Assembly: GCA_000146465.1 (NCBI GenBank)
Contig: CP001942.1
Direction: 5' to 3' (one strand)
Length of the DNA stretch: 64,000 nt
Below, piece by piece: positions 19,628 to 33,000 of this stretch (the first letter of the stretch is position 1; each line of letters begins with the position of its first letter). Below the pieces are notes generated by a model. That model was not told where the DNA came from. It saw only the letters and a program-made list of their open reading frames with translations, and did not search any database. Made by a program: the position numbers and the translations under genes.

Positions 19628-20779
19628 ATGGGAAGCCAGCTTTGGGCTGAGAGGTATAGGCCTAGGAAATACACAGAGCTGGTGTTCAAAGGAGATGTCC
19701 ATCACGATGCCCTAAAATGGCTAAAGGACTATCCAGAGCATGGAAAGATCCTCTTGCTGCGGGGACCCTCAGGGACTGGCAAGACTTCATTGGCATATGT
19801 TCTTTCATCTGCACTTGGATTCGATCTTGTTGAGTTCAATGCAGACAACGATCCTGACTGGATGGATAGGATGCTTAACAGCAACAGGATTATTAATGGA
19901 AGAAAAAATATAATTCTTGTCGATGAAATAGACGGGAACCCATTTCTAAATGTGGATAAGCTGATATCTTCTCCGAAGTTAGTTTGTCCTCTAGTGATGA
20001 CGTCTAACGAAATGTGCCTGAAAGATGTTTACACTGTGGAGATTCAAAGACCAGGATTTGAAGAAGTCAGAAGAGGGATAGAAAAGATTTGTAAGGAACA
20101 AGGAATCAGTATTGAGAACTCCATTCTGTCGCAGATGGCCTCAGAATCGGGAGGAGATCTTAGAACAATAATAAATCATCTTCAAATACATGGGAAAAGG
20201 CTAAAAAGCTCAGGCTATCTAGGAATTCACAAAACAAATACAATAAGCCAACACAAAGCGGCAGAGCTTATTCTGTCAAGAAACATAGGATGGAAAGCGT
20301 ATGAAGATATATATTCCAGTAGTGTCCTGTCTCTATGCCACAGTTCGTTCCCATACAATACAAATATGATGAAATGCATTGCAGATATAAGTGAGGCCAC
20401 GTCAATTGCGGACCTCCTCCCTGAGGAATTCAAGTATATAGCCCTGTCGAAGTACGGCACCTGTAATAACAGAAAGCCCAACATACAGGGAATAGAGTAT
20501 TATAATGAGCCTAGAAGCGATCTTCTAAAAGAGACGGTCCTTCCATTTTTCAAAAAATATGATCTGAATAGGTCGGACAGAAGAAGTCTAAACCATCTTA
20601 AGGAAATAGTGAAGACATATGGCATCAAAGATGTGAAGCTGAAGGAAGAGAACTTAACAGAAGTGGGTGGAAGTAAGGCTTCTAAGAAATTCAAATTTAA
20701 ATACAAGTCCGGGTGTTCGGTGGCATTTCGAAGGGACGTAACAATGGACGATATCATGGATTGGTTTTTTAAGTCTTAG
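19628..20779 (+). CDS. AAA+ clamp-loader large-subunit-like protein (RFC1/Ctf18/Elg1 family)
   Basis: 383 aa. RFC box II-like WAERYRPRKYTELV. Walker A LLRGPSGTGKTSLA. Walker B/sensor ILVDEIDG. Short for RFC1, so the exact paralog is uncertain. Confidence 0.55.
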   Translation: MGSQLWAERYRPRKYTELVFKGDVHHDALKWLKDYPEHGKILLLRGPSGTGKTSLAYVLSSALGFDLVEFNADNDPDWMDRMLNSNRIINGRKNIILVDEIDGNPFLNVDKLISSPKLVCPLVMTSNEMCLKDVYTVEIQRPGFEEVRRGIEKICKEQGISIENSILSQMASESGGDLRTIINHLQIHGKRLKSSGYLGIHKTNTISQHKAAELILSRNIGWKAYEDIYSSSVLSLCHSSFPYNTNMMKCIADISEATSIADLLPEEFKYIALSKYGTCNNRKPNIQGIEYYNEPRSDLLKETVLPFFKKYDLNRSDRRSLNHLKEIVKTYGIKDVKLKEENLTEVGGSKASKKFKFKYKSGCSVAFRRDVTMDDIMDWFFKS

Positions 20780-21914
20780 ATTCGTCTAGGTCTTTTTCTA
20801 GCAAGGAATAAATGAGTTCTGTAAGTTCTTTTGGATTTATAACAGATTTATGGTACAAGACAAGAAGTAAGTCTACTACTGAGGGACTTTTCCTTTCTTG
20901 CCTAACAAACTTAGCTATATCATCCATGAATACGTTTCCATGTAGAGTAAGGGTGTTCCACTTTTTCATCAAAGCAAGGGAATTCTCTGGAAGTTCTGAC
21001 TCTGATTCTATGTTTCTATTTATCAGGGTTGAAAGGGTATCTATCGACCAGACTCCGGCGGCAAAACTCTCAGATGTTTTCTGGTCCGTTGGATCTTTTC
21101 TTGATTCTAGTCCTTTTCTTCTATATCTTCTGGAAAGATAAGTCAAGGTTCTAGAGGCTTCCGGGGCTTCTGCCTCGGATTTCTTAAGGTAAAGAGACTT
21201 TTCTTTCTGTATGCATTCATATCCAGAGTGTATGCGGCTAATATGGAACACCAGAGAGTCAATAGATTCAAACTCCTTAATACAGAAAACACAACAAAAA
21301 CCATACACACAATACTTTTCCCCTTCAATTTCAAAATTGAGAACATGTTTAGACCGTCTTCCTACATCGCTTGAGAAGCCCCAATAATAATGAAGAAGAC
21401 CTTTGCTCTTACTTTTGATATTTATGGACTTGAGTACTAGATCGTGAGAAGGTTCCCTGTCCATTCTGTAGAATCCGTCCTCATGGAATAGCTCGATCCT
21501 ATACAAAGGCACTTTGGAATCTCTAAGAGAATGGCATCCACTAAAATGAGCGTGATACACAGAAGCTTTTCCATCCATATCTACAATAAACATATAGAGA
21601 ACAGTCTTATCATGGCACGAAAAGTTTGTCATTCTAGTTTTCTGTACTTCTCTAATAGAATAGCAATCGCCTGCTTCCAGGGCAGACGAAAAGTTTATTC
21701 CAGATCTAACTCCATCATTCCAATGGTATCCTCTCACTAGTAGGGTAGCAGGTTGTGGCTTCCCAACTCTGGGCACAATGGATACCATATAGGACACCGA
21801 ACATTCCTTTGTATTGTTCAGGAAAACCTTCCTTTCCTTTTCCATTTTTCTTGGGTGCCTCAATAGAACAGGCGGAAACAAACCAAGACTATTCTCCACA
21901 AGCCAATTAATCAT
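20769..21914 (-). CDS. C2H2 zinc-finger protein with VEFS-box-like C-terminus (SUZ12-like Polycomb candidate)
   Basis: 381 aa. C2H2 finger YCVYGFCCVFCIKEFESIDSLVFHISRIH. The C-terminal block LALMKKWNTLTLHGNVFMDDIAKFVRQ... resembles the SUZ12 VEFS core (..MKLWNLHVMKHGFIADNQM..). Overlaps the RFC-like gene by 11 nt (convergent). Confidence 0.5.
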   Translation of the reverse strand: MINWLVENSLGLFPPVLLRHPRKMEKERKVFLNNTKECSVSYMVSIVPRVGKPQPATLLVRGYHWNDGVRSGINFSSALEAGDCYSIREVQKTRMTNFSCHDKTVLYMFIVDMDGKASVYHAHFSGCHSLRDSKVPLYRIELFHEDGFYRMDREPSHDLVLKSINIKSKSKGLLHYYWGFSSDVGRRSKHVLNFEIEGEKYCVYGFCCVFCIKEFESIDSLVFHISRIHSGYECIQKEKSLYLKKSEAEAPEASRTLTYLSRRYRRKGLESRKDPTDQKTSESFAAGVWSIDTLSTLINRNIESESELPENSLALMKKWNTLTLHGNVFMDDIAKFVRQERKSPSVVDLLLVLYHKSVINPKELTELIYSLLEKDLDESKT

Positions 21915-21985
21915 ACTAATGGGTTGTTTGAGGTAGAAGAAACTTTATTAAATAGTCTTTACAGGGCTAAACTCAATCAATGTTG

Positions 21986-23116
21986 TCAATGGGGAGAAGA
22001 TTCAGGAGCTATCGAGAAGATACTCTCGTTGTCGGAGTAATTTAACGATGTAGGATTTTCAATGTTTTTGTTGTAGAAGTGGCTGTAGACGCTCTGTGCA
22101 TTCTCAAGTTTTTTTACAAGCCCTATGTTTTCAGTCTCAAGATCTTTCAATCTGGACTCTTTTGCTTTCAATTCCTCCTTCATCTTTTTCATTTTCTCTT
22201 CCATTCCCTTCATCTTCTTCTTGAGGTCCTCGATCTCAGCTTTGTACTTCTTGTTGTTCAACCGAAGATCCTTTGACGCTTCTTCATTTCCATTTATTGT
22301 GCTCTTCATCTGTGCCATATCATCGTTGTACTTTCTTATTATCCCATTTGCTGTGTTTAGTTCCTCTTTGAGAGTTTTGTTTTCGTCCTCTATCTCTTGG
22401 GCTCTTTCAACAAGCCCTGAGTTCTTCACATCCTGAAGTTTAAGCTTATCCAGATCATACTGTAGTCTCCCGTTTTCCTTTTCTAAATCATAAACTCTAT
22501 TGCTCAATCGGTCAACCTCTTCCTTCCGGGAGTTGTTATTTTCGCTCAGCATCTCATTCTCCTTATATAGCTTATCTATTTTCTTTTGTGAAGCAGAAAC
22601 TTCCTCTTCCAGGTATCTGATCCTGTCTCTTACCTCCTTCTCTCCATTCTTGCACTTGTCTCGAAGCATTCCATTCTCTTTAATAAGCCTCACGTTGTCA
22701 GATTCCATTCGGCCTATCATGTCTCCAAGATACATCTTGTAATGTGTTTCGTCGGGCTTTGAAAACTTCAATTCTAGCCTGATTATGTTCCTAAAATCAT
22801 CCTTCTCAACAAACAGAAACTTGTTGGTTTCCTTCGAAAACAATCCCCTCAGCTTTCCACTGTGCAGGCTATGGAACATTTTCACCAAAATCGATACAAA
22901 CCTTTCGTAGTCAACAATAATGTCTTGCTCTCTCTTCATTACATAGAAGTCTCCTGGAGATATTGTGCTGAAGTAGAATGTAAAGATATCTCTTGTATCT
23001 ATGAGTCGGATCTCAATCTCATCGTCCGAGCGCACAATGTCACACTTCATCTGCCAAGGTATTTCTTCGTTTGGGCACGATATAGGAATCTTCCCAGTGA
23101 AAATCGACTCCCTCAT
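21986..23116 (-). CDS. SAS-6-like protein (XRCC4-superfamily head domain plus long coiled coil)
   Basis: 376 aa. N-terminal about 90 aa globular domain. EIRLIDTRDIFTFYFSTISPGDFYVMKREQDIIVDYERFVSILVKMF aligns gap-free, by recall, with the human SAS-6 PISA region [45 protein letters not shown]. About 270 aa of heptad coiled coil follow. Confidence 0.5.
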   Translation of the reverse strand: MRESIFTGKIPISCPNEEIPWQMKCDIVRSDDEIEIRLIDTRDIFTFYFSTISPGDFYVMKREQDIIVDYERFVSILVKMFHSLHSGKLRGLFSKETNKFLFVEKDDFRNIIRLELKFSKPDETHYKMYLGDMIGRMESDNVRLIKENGMLRDKCKNGEKEVRDRIRYLEEEVSASQKKIDKLYKENEMLSENNNSRKEEVDRLSNRVYDLEKENGRLQYDLDKLKLQDVKNSGLVERAQEIEDENKTLKEELNTANGIIRKYNDDMAQMKSTINGNEEASKDLRLNNKKYKAEIEDLKKKMKGMEEKMKKMKEELKAKESRLKDLETENIGLVKKLENAQSVYSHFYNKNIENPTSLNYSDNESIFSIAPESSPH

Positions 23117-23181
23117 TTCGGGGTTGGGTTTAGGTATTCAGTAATATAAGTCTGTTCATCCAAGAACATGTTCTCTACCCC

Positions 23182-24945
23182 ATGGCAGACATCAAGAAGA
23201 TACACAGACTGCAAGACATCAGCTCTGCTATGTCATGTCTTGGCATCGATATGCCACAGATAGTAGCAATAGGATCACAAAGCAGTGGAAAGAGTAGCGT
23301 GCTAGAGCAGATAATAAAAAGAGAGGTTCTTCCTCGAGGCACAAACCTAGTGACAAGATGTCCAATTGTCCTACATCTTAGAAGATGTGAAGATGGTGCA
23401 GAAGGCGTGGTATTTGATCATCTTGCAGGGTCTGTTGACTTTGGCACTGCAGGCTCTATAATTATAAAAAGAATGGAAGAAATATGCGGAATCAACAAAG
23501 GAATTAGCAGTAGACCAATAACTGCCTTTGTTAATCTAAAGGACACGCTTGAGATGACTGTGGTCGACCTTCCGGGCCTTATAAAGGTCCCTATTGGAGA
23601 GCAGCCCGAAGACATCGAGATACAGGTTGAGGACATGGTTCTTGGCTACGCAATGAAGGACTCGTCGATAATCCTAGCTCTTGTAAATGCCAATGCAGAC
23701 ATCGCAACAAATGAAGCACTTAAGATAGCTAAAAAGGCGGATCCTCAGTTGAAAAGGACTCTGGGTGTGGTTACAAAAATCGATCTAATGGATGCAGGAA
23801 CAGATTGCATGAACATCCTTTCGAATAGGAATCCAAAACTGGCTCTTGGATATATTGGTGTGATAAATAGAGGGCAGCAGGATATTGCCAAGGGTGTATC
23901 TATAAACGAGGCTATTCATAAGGAGTCGAAGTACTTCAAGGAAAATCCCTTATATGGCAAAATATATCCCAATATAGGGTCGGAATACCTTATAAAGAGA
24001 CTAAACGAAATATTCTACGAGAAGGCAATGGAATCAGTCCCGGGAATTAAGACAGCTGTGAAAAACCAGTTGAACGACAAGGCAAAAAGACTCCATGAAA
24101 TAGAATCAGGGAATTCTGTGAAAAGGGAGCAGTCTCTTGTGCTAGATTACCACCAAGCCATTCTGGAAATATTCAGGCACGTTAGGCCGAATGTTGGAGT
24201 GTTTTCCAAGAGTTCCTCGGGCTTTTTGAATGAGCTCAAGAAGGCATTTGAAGAAGATGAGTTTCTTGCAATCTTCGAGGACCTACCCTCCAGGCTTAGC
24301 AGATCTTCATACATATTTATATCGGAGGCTGTTTTCTATGACGTGGTGAGAGAAAACATAAAGAAAATGGCTACAGAATATCTGGAGAAAGTCGATAATA
24401 TTGTGAAGCTACTCATTAAAGAGATCTGGTCAATATCAAGTCCAAGCTTTGCAGTACTCTCCAAGAAACTTAATGGTGTGGTGAGTGAATGCATAGAAGA
24501 GCAAAGATGCAAACTAGCCGATAGCATACACTTATACTCGTCGATCCAGTCGTCGTACATCAATGTAAACCACCCAGACTTTGACAGGCCGAGAGCCCTG
24601 AGCCTGATTCTTCGAAAAATACCAAGAAGCGAATCCGGTCTTTTGGGGATGTTCAACTCCAAAGAAGTGTCTTTTGAAGACAAGGCCTTTGAAGTGAGAC
24701 TTATAAAGGAGCTAGCCGGATCCTATCTTAGAATTGTAAACAAGGAAATGAGAAATTATGTCCTAAAAGCAATTCATTACTACTTATGTGAGTACATGGA
24801 TTCTAGGCTTCCTAGCGTTCTTACAGAGCTGGAAATTGAGGAGACCGAGATGGCCGAGTGTCCTGAGATTGTTGGAGAAAGAAATAGCCTTGCTAAAGAC
24901 ATAGAGATATTGAAGAATGCACTTTCCAGCCTAAGCGGATTCTGA
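23182..24945 (+). CDS. Dynamin-family GTPase, Vps1-like (no PH domain)
   Basis: 587 aa. G1 GSQSSGKSSVLE, G2 region PRGTNLVTRCP, G3 DLPG, G4 TKID. Middle and GED-like helical regions are present. PH domain and proline-rich tail are absent. Confidence 0.85.
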   Translation: MADIKKIHRLQDISSAMSCLGIDMPQIVAIGSQSSGKSSVLEQIIKREVLPRGTNLVTRCPIVLHLRRCEDGAEGVVFDHLAGSVDFGTAGSIIIKRMEEICGINKGISSRPITAFVNLKDTLEMTVVDLPGLIKVPIGEQPEDIEIQVEDMVLGYAMKDSSIILALVNANADIATNEALKIAKKADPQLKRTLGVVTKIDLMDAGTDCMNILSNRNPKLALGYIGVINRGQQDIAKGVSINEAIHKESKYFKENPLYGKIYPNIGSEYLIKRLNEIFYEKAMESVPGIKTAVKNQLNDKAKRLHEIESGNSVKREQSLVLDYHQAILEIFRHVRPNVGVFSKSSSGFLNELKKAFEEDEFLAIFEDLPSRLSRSSYIFISEAVFYDVVRENIKKMATEYLEKVDNIVKLLIKEIWSISSPSFAVLSKKLNGVVSECIEEQRCKLADSIHLYSSIQSSYINVNHPDFDRPRALSLILRKIPRSESGLLGMFNSKEVSFEDKAFEVRLIKELAGSYLRIVNKEMRNYVLKAIHYYLCEYMDSRLPSVLTELEIEETEMAECPEIVGERNSLAKDIEILKNALSSLSGF

Positions 24946-24982
24946 TTTCCAAAATAAAAGCCCAATGGAATGATTTTTCCTT

Positions 24983-25561
24983 CTAGAACTTGAATTCCTT
25001 GGATATAATCTCTTCAATTTCCTTTTTGGACCTCTCAAGAGAATGAGTGTTGTCGATGACATAGTCGCAGTCTTTCTTGATAGAATCGAATTTTTCATAT
25101 AACTTCATTCTCCCCTTCACTTCATCCTCCCTGTTTTTGTTTTCCATCCTCTTCTTTAACCTCTCATAGGCAACATCTTTATCACAATCAATATACACAA
25201 CAACGAAGTTTGGGTAGTTCTTTCTACAATACATGACTCCATCATATTCCAAATCCATCAATATTGCCTTTTCAGAGACCTTCAGCTGGTCAGAACCTGT
25301 TCCATAGTAGTTTCCATTGTATTTGATATACTCCAAAAGTTCCTGTCTTTTTACCATCGACTCAAACTCTTCTGTTGTCACAAAAAAATAATCCTTTCCA
25401 TTCACCTCTCCTTTTCTCGGTTGCCTGGTTGTGTGTGACACCGAAAACCCAAAAGGAAACCTAGATAGAATGTGACTTATGATAGTGGACTTTCCGGATC
25501 CACTGGGCCCGGTGAGTACTAGATGTGCCTTATCCATGGGCACGAAAAAAACCGAGAACAA
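24983..25561 (-). CDS. GUK1: Guanylate kinase
   Basis: 192 aa. P-loop LTGPSGSGKST. GMP-binding signature SHTTRQPRKGEVNGKDYFFV..YYGT. Confidence 0.8.
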   Translation of the reverse strand: MFSVFFVPMDKAHLVLTGPSGSGKSTIISHILSRFPFGFSVSHTTRQPRKGEVNGKDYFFVTTEEFESMVKRQELLEYIKYNGNYYGTGSDQLKVSEKAILMDLEYDGVMYCRKNYPNFVVVYIDCDKDVAYERLKKRMENKNREDEVKGRMKLYEKFDSIKKDCDYVIDNTHSLERSKKEIEEIISKEFKF

Positions 25562-25596
25562 AAAATGGACTCAATAGATCTCCACAACTAATCCAT

Positions 25597-27963
<2,367 letters not shown>

Positions 27964-28155
27964 TTAGCCTGGGCTTTTTATAAACAAACTTCCACACATG
28001 AAGTTGTAGTCTTCTTCATACCTTCCAAAGCCCATGAAAAACCCCCTGGTCTTTCCAAGAACCAATGCAGTGTGACCACCCCCTCCAGACCGGTTATAGG
28101 TGTTTGGTCTGCTTTTTGATCCATCATAATATATGATTGGCTCTACCCTAAAGGA

Positions 28156-29877
28156 ATGGGATGGTATCCAAATCTTCTTTTGCTCTCGGCTTTGATTGTC
28201 TTACTTCCAGGATACATCTTCCTTGGGAGACTAGGAAAGTGCATACTCTATCTCCCTCTCAATAGCATTTCGTTTGTGATCTACTTTAGAATCAGAGCAT
28301 CCATTGGGAAGAGACATCTCAGTGTTGTTGTAAATGTGCTCTCAAGACTTGTGAAGTTTGGAGTTGGCGTCCTTTTGTCATACACAACATTGTCTCTGGG
28401 AGCAGCCAGATATACCCATGGGCCTTTGATTTTGGGAGCTCTTCTCCTATCAATAGACCTTGTCAGAGCATATCTCTACGAGTCATCGAAGAAGAGCTTT
28501 GAAAACAAGATACTCACGGGAAACTTCATGGACATTCTCAAGCTGGAGAAATACATTATATATTCTGTAGAAGGCCCTCAGACAGTGGACCTAAAGAGGA
28601 ACTTGTCTGTCGACGAATATTTCGATAGGGGCCGTCCAAAACCTGTAGATGCCAATGAGCTTTTTGACTTATGGAACGACCAAAATCCTTACGAAGACCA
28701 TGTTTCAGACAGCGATTTCACAGAAGGAAATGAAAGACTGAAGAAAAGGACCAGAAGAGAAAAGATAAAGATTGATCCAAAGACATACGAGTTCATCGAA
28801 GAAAAAAGGAGGTTGTCCTGGAACCTTCTGAATATACAGAAAGTAGTCCTTACTCCGGAAGAGAAAATGAGAGAGAGGTTATATGCAATGAATCCATTGG
28901 AAATGATACCTAGTCCAGACTGCCAACCAGATGTTGAGAGGAAAGACGTTGATGGAGAAGAATGGAAGTTTCTTGAACTAGACAAGAAGAGGGCTAAGAA
29001 GATGCCTGCAAGGCCGGGGTTGATAACAGTCGAGTCTCTCAGCGTGCATTTTGGAGAGAGCCATGCAAAGGAAGCGTATTCGTTGATTGCTTTCAAAAGA
29101 GGAGAAAGGATTAATCATGAAATCTTCAAGGAAAATGCTAGGCAAATAAATGTAGAAAGAAACAACCTATACAGAACGATCATGGACAACAAGAAACTAC
29201 TGAGGGTTATATGGTTTATTCTGGCACTCCTCGAAAGTATAGTTGGATACTTGATCACTGCGGTATTCTTCAGGACCAAGCCATTGCTGTTGGAGCTGAT
29301 CTTTCCGATGGTAGTTGTTCCGGCCCTTCCGATGATCAAGATGACGGTGGAGTCATTTCTGTTTATTATATACACCCACCCATACGATCCCGGAGACAGG
29401 GTTCATATAGACGGAGAAAATATGGTTGTCCGGAGGATCTCTTTATTTAGTACTGTGCTTGAGAGTTGGGACGGAATGGAAATAATAATTCCAAATATTG
29501 TTATAAGGAAGAAAGCGATTTTGAACATAAGAAGATCGAAACAGCAGCAATGGAAGCTCTCGATGCTTATATCATCAAAGACGTCGGAAAGAAAGATCGA
29601 ATTGTTGAGAGAGGCAATCAAGAGGTTTGTAAGGAGCGACAAGTCCTATATTACTGTAAGTGTAAGCATCTCGGAAATAGTCGATTGTAATCACTTGAGG
29701 CTAACGGTGATTGTAAAGCATTCCATAAACTTTCAAAGTGGATTCTTTATGTGGACAAGCCATACCAAGTTTGTAAACATGCTTCTAGCTATTCTGTGCA
29801 AACTTGACATCAGGTTCATTCCACTCACCAAAGAGATTATGAATCTAGGGCCTACCTATGAACAAGGCATCTCATAA
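28156..29877 (+). CDS. MscS-like mechanosensitive ion channel (paralog 2)
   Basis: 573 aa. N-terminal TM helices. Signature IYTHPYDPGDRVHIDGENMVVRRISLFSTVLESWDGMEIIIPNIVIRKKAILNIRRS is colinear with paralog 1 at 17671..19560. Confidence 0.7.
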   Translation: MGWYPNLLLLSALIVLLPGYIFLGRLGKCILYLPLNSISFVIYFRIRASIGKRHLSVVVNVLSRLVKFGVGVLLSYTTLSLGAARYTHGPLILGALLLSIDLVRAYLYESSKKSFENKILTGNFMDILKLEKYIIYSVEGPQTVDLKRNLSVDEYFDRGRPKPVDANELFDLWNDQNPYEDHVSDSDFTEGNERLKKRTRREKIKIDPKTYEFIEEKRRLSWNLLNIQKVVLTPEEKMRERLYAMNPLEMIPSPDCQPDVERKDVDGEEWKFLELDKKRAKKMPARPGLITVESLSVHFGESHAKEAYSLIAFKRGERINHEIFKENARQINVERNNLYRTIMDNKKLLRVIWFILALLESIVGYLITAVFFRTKPLLLELIFPMVVVPALPMIKMTVESFLFIIYTHPYDPGDRVHIDGENMVVRRISLFSTVLESWDGMEIIIPNIVIRKKAILNIRRSKQQQWKLSMLISSKTSERKIELLREAIKRFVRSDKSYITVSVSISEIVDCNHLRLTVIVKHSINFQSGFFMWTSHTKFVNMLLAILCKLDIRFIPLTKEIMNLGPTYEQGIS

Positions 29878-30014
29878 AAGTGGAAGATTTTTGAAGTGTC
29901 CAAAAATGTTAATCTGAAACGGAGCCTTCTCGAAGAATGGGATGATTCGATTTGTCAACTTCAGGTCATCAAGATGTTTTGAAAGAAAATAAAACCCATT
30001 GAAACAAACCCTAA

Positions 30015-33000
30015 ATGGAAGAGTTTTCGACGACCAGCAACAGAAGAGAGAAACTATCGAAACCTCTTCTGCCCGAGGATATTCCAAAGAGAGTGGATGA
30101 ACCCCAGCTCAAGATCCACGAAAGGAGTGTGGAGGAATTCCAGGACATTTTGGATATCGAGCCGAAGGAGGGGCTTTTTTTTTATATAAGGATTCCTGGA
30201 TTAATCTTTGTAGGGTCTGTTGTAGGTTATATAATAGGGAAGATGGGATTTAGCATTGTCAATTTGTTTTTTGTTGGATATGTGATTTTCTTCATATATA
30301 ATCGAAAGGTTGAAAGATTCACTCGGAGTCTTAAATCGCTTGTGTATCATAGTGCAAGGAGGGAGAAGGCCCGAAACAATGGAGAGACTGTTGAATGGTT
30401 GAACTATGCTCTTAAAAAGTTCTGGGAAGTTGCTGAGCCTGTTATATCTGCAGAGGTGTACCAACAGGTCAACAATGAACTCCTCAAGGTTTCTCCGCCC
30501 TTTCTTAATGGACTAAGGTTAATTGAATTCACCCTTGGAAGCCGTTCACCGTTTATAGAGGGCATATCCTACATAAGCATGGACGGAAATACTCTTGCAA
30601 TAGAAGTGGAGGTAGCTTTTGTGCCTCTGGAAATAAGCAGGGATGTAGTCAACTACCTGGAGAACGATAGTAAAAATTGGAACTCTAAGATTCAGCTGTC
30701 GGCCCGGGTTGGAACAAGAAATGGAATAGGAATCAACCTTCCAATTCTTGTCAAAGAGCTGTTTTTCAAAGGGAGGGTCAGAATTGTTGCCAACCTATTT
30801 TCGAAGAACATGTTTGTCAAAGACGTAGAGATTTGTTTGATGGACAGCCCGGAGTTTGACTTTACTCTTGTCCCCTTGAAGATGGTGGACATAATGGATG
30901 TTCCTGGACTCAGCAGATGGATAAGAAGTATAATCAACTCCTCGTTGGCTACAACTGTTATTAATCCAAACTCAATGACCATCGACGTGGATAGGATCTC
31001 AAAAGACAAGGGAAAGATTATTGGAGTTGTGTGTCTTCAGATACTCAATCTAGAAAACGAGGACGACGAAAGATTGACTGTGGAAATAGACGTGGATGGC
31101 AGAGTTGGATACCAAACGAGATATGGAGAGGGGAAAGGGATTGTTTACAATGAGCATTTCTATATGCCTATTGAAAATGTTGACTCAAGAATTGGATTAT
31201 CTCTAAGAAGCGAATCAAGAAAGACCAGGAGAAGGAACGGGTCGATATTCTTGAAGAACCTTCCTCTGGATAAGATTGAGGAGTCTGTGGACAATGAATG
31301 GTATGAGCCAAGGAGAACCTTTTTCTGTTCGACAAGGTTAGTTAAGGATGAACAGACATATTCTTTTGTGAACACGAACTTGCAGTTTTACCCGATACAG
31401 AAGGAAAGGAGTAACAGTGGAATTGTCAAGATGACACTTGTAGGAATTGAGGATCTTCGAGGAAACAAGGCCTCTAAGGCATATACATATTCTACATTCT
31501 GTACAGTAATTGTATCACCTATCAACCGAGAAGAATCCAGCATTCCAATAGGCTTTATCGAAAACACAGTTAGTGCAACGGCAATGATGATGAGTGGAAT
31601 TGTCAAGACAACAGGGAATATGATCTCAAACATTATTCCCGGAATCGAGACGACCACAACGAGGCTTCTACCTTCGTCGAAGAACACTTTCTATGTATTT
31701 GAGTCGAAGAGGATATTCGGGACAAACTCGCCTATTTACAACGAAAGCTTCACATTCTTTTGCAGAGATATCCAAGTTGATGTGGTGTCCATCTGCGTGA
31801 TGAATGACAAGACAAGTGAAGTGATAGGAAGAGTGTCGATTCCTGTGAGAGATATCCATTTCAACAAAAAAGAGAAGTATAAACTGAACGACGCTCACAG
31901 TGGCCGAATGGAGCTTTCATTCACGATTGATTATGTGGACATGGTTGATAAAGAGATAGGATTTGTAGACTACGAGAGGATGTTGAAGATCTCTGTGGAT
32001 TCTATGAATGAGAAGGGAGTCTACTACGCGATATTTGAGACTAACACAGACTGCTTCAGGATGGAGACGTTTACATCAGCACTGCCTATTAAGAGAAGAA
32101 TTTATGTTCCTGTGCAGAAGGAAAATAGCTTAAGATTTAGGCTTTACAAGGAAACAATCAATGGGGATGTGTTTATTGGAGAGGACAAGATAAATTGCAG
32201 TCCCTGCGATGGAGTTAGGCGGGAAGCCTTCTTACTCGACGAACAAATAAGCCTGACCCTTAGCATTGAGGAGGAATCTCTTCGAGACTACTCAGGGGCT
32301 CCTGATGAAAAGAACAATATCAAGGTAATACAGGCAAAGTTTGGAAAGTTCTATGGGTATAGCCAGGAAATGTTTATTGAGTTTTCCAACAAGTATGGGG
32401 CGATTGGAGCTTCGGGATTTACCCGAGGAGGGAAGCTTAATGACACATTCACATTTATTGCGGGAAATGAGGAGATATATGCTATTATCAAAAGCGGAGA
32501 CCAGACCGTCAACCAAACACTAGGACAATGTATAATTCCAAAGAGGACCTTAAAAGAGAAGGTTATGCTTAATGAGCATGGACTGTCGGTAGACATGGAA
32601 GTAAAGATTCAAGGATGCTCATACAAACCGGCTTCTATGTTGAAGACCGGATATCTCGAAGTTTACATTAAGAATGGGAGCAACATCAGGTCGTCAGTCC
32701 AGAGCCCGATTGACACTTACTGCAAGATTCTTGTCAACGAGACCAAAGTATATACAACAAAACCTGTACGTAAAAACAACAATCCTGTCTTTAATGAGTC
32801 ATTTATAATGGAAATAGACAAAACAAAGGATGTGTTTGGGATACAAATATGCGACTACAATGTCTCGGAGAGAAATGCACTTTTGTATTACACCGAATTT
32901 TCCTTGCACAACCTGTCTGAAGGGTTCAGCGAGATGGAATTTGGCCTATTTGATGGAAAGACCTTCCAGCCGGTCGAGTCAAAAATTAGAATTGGATTTA

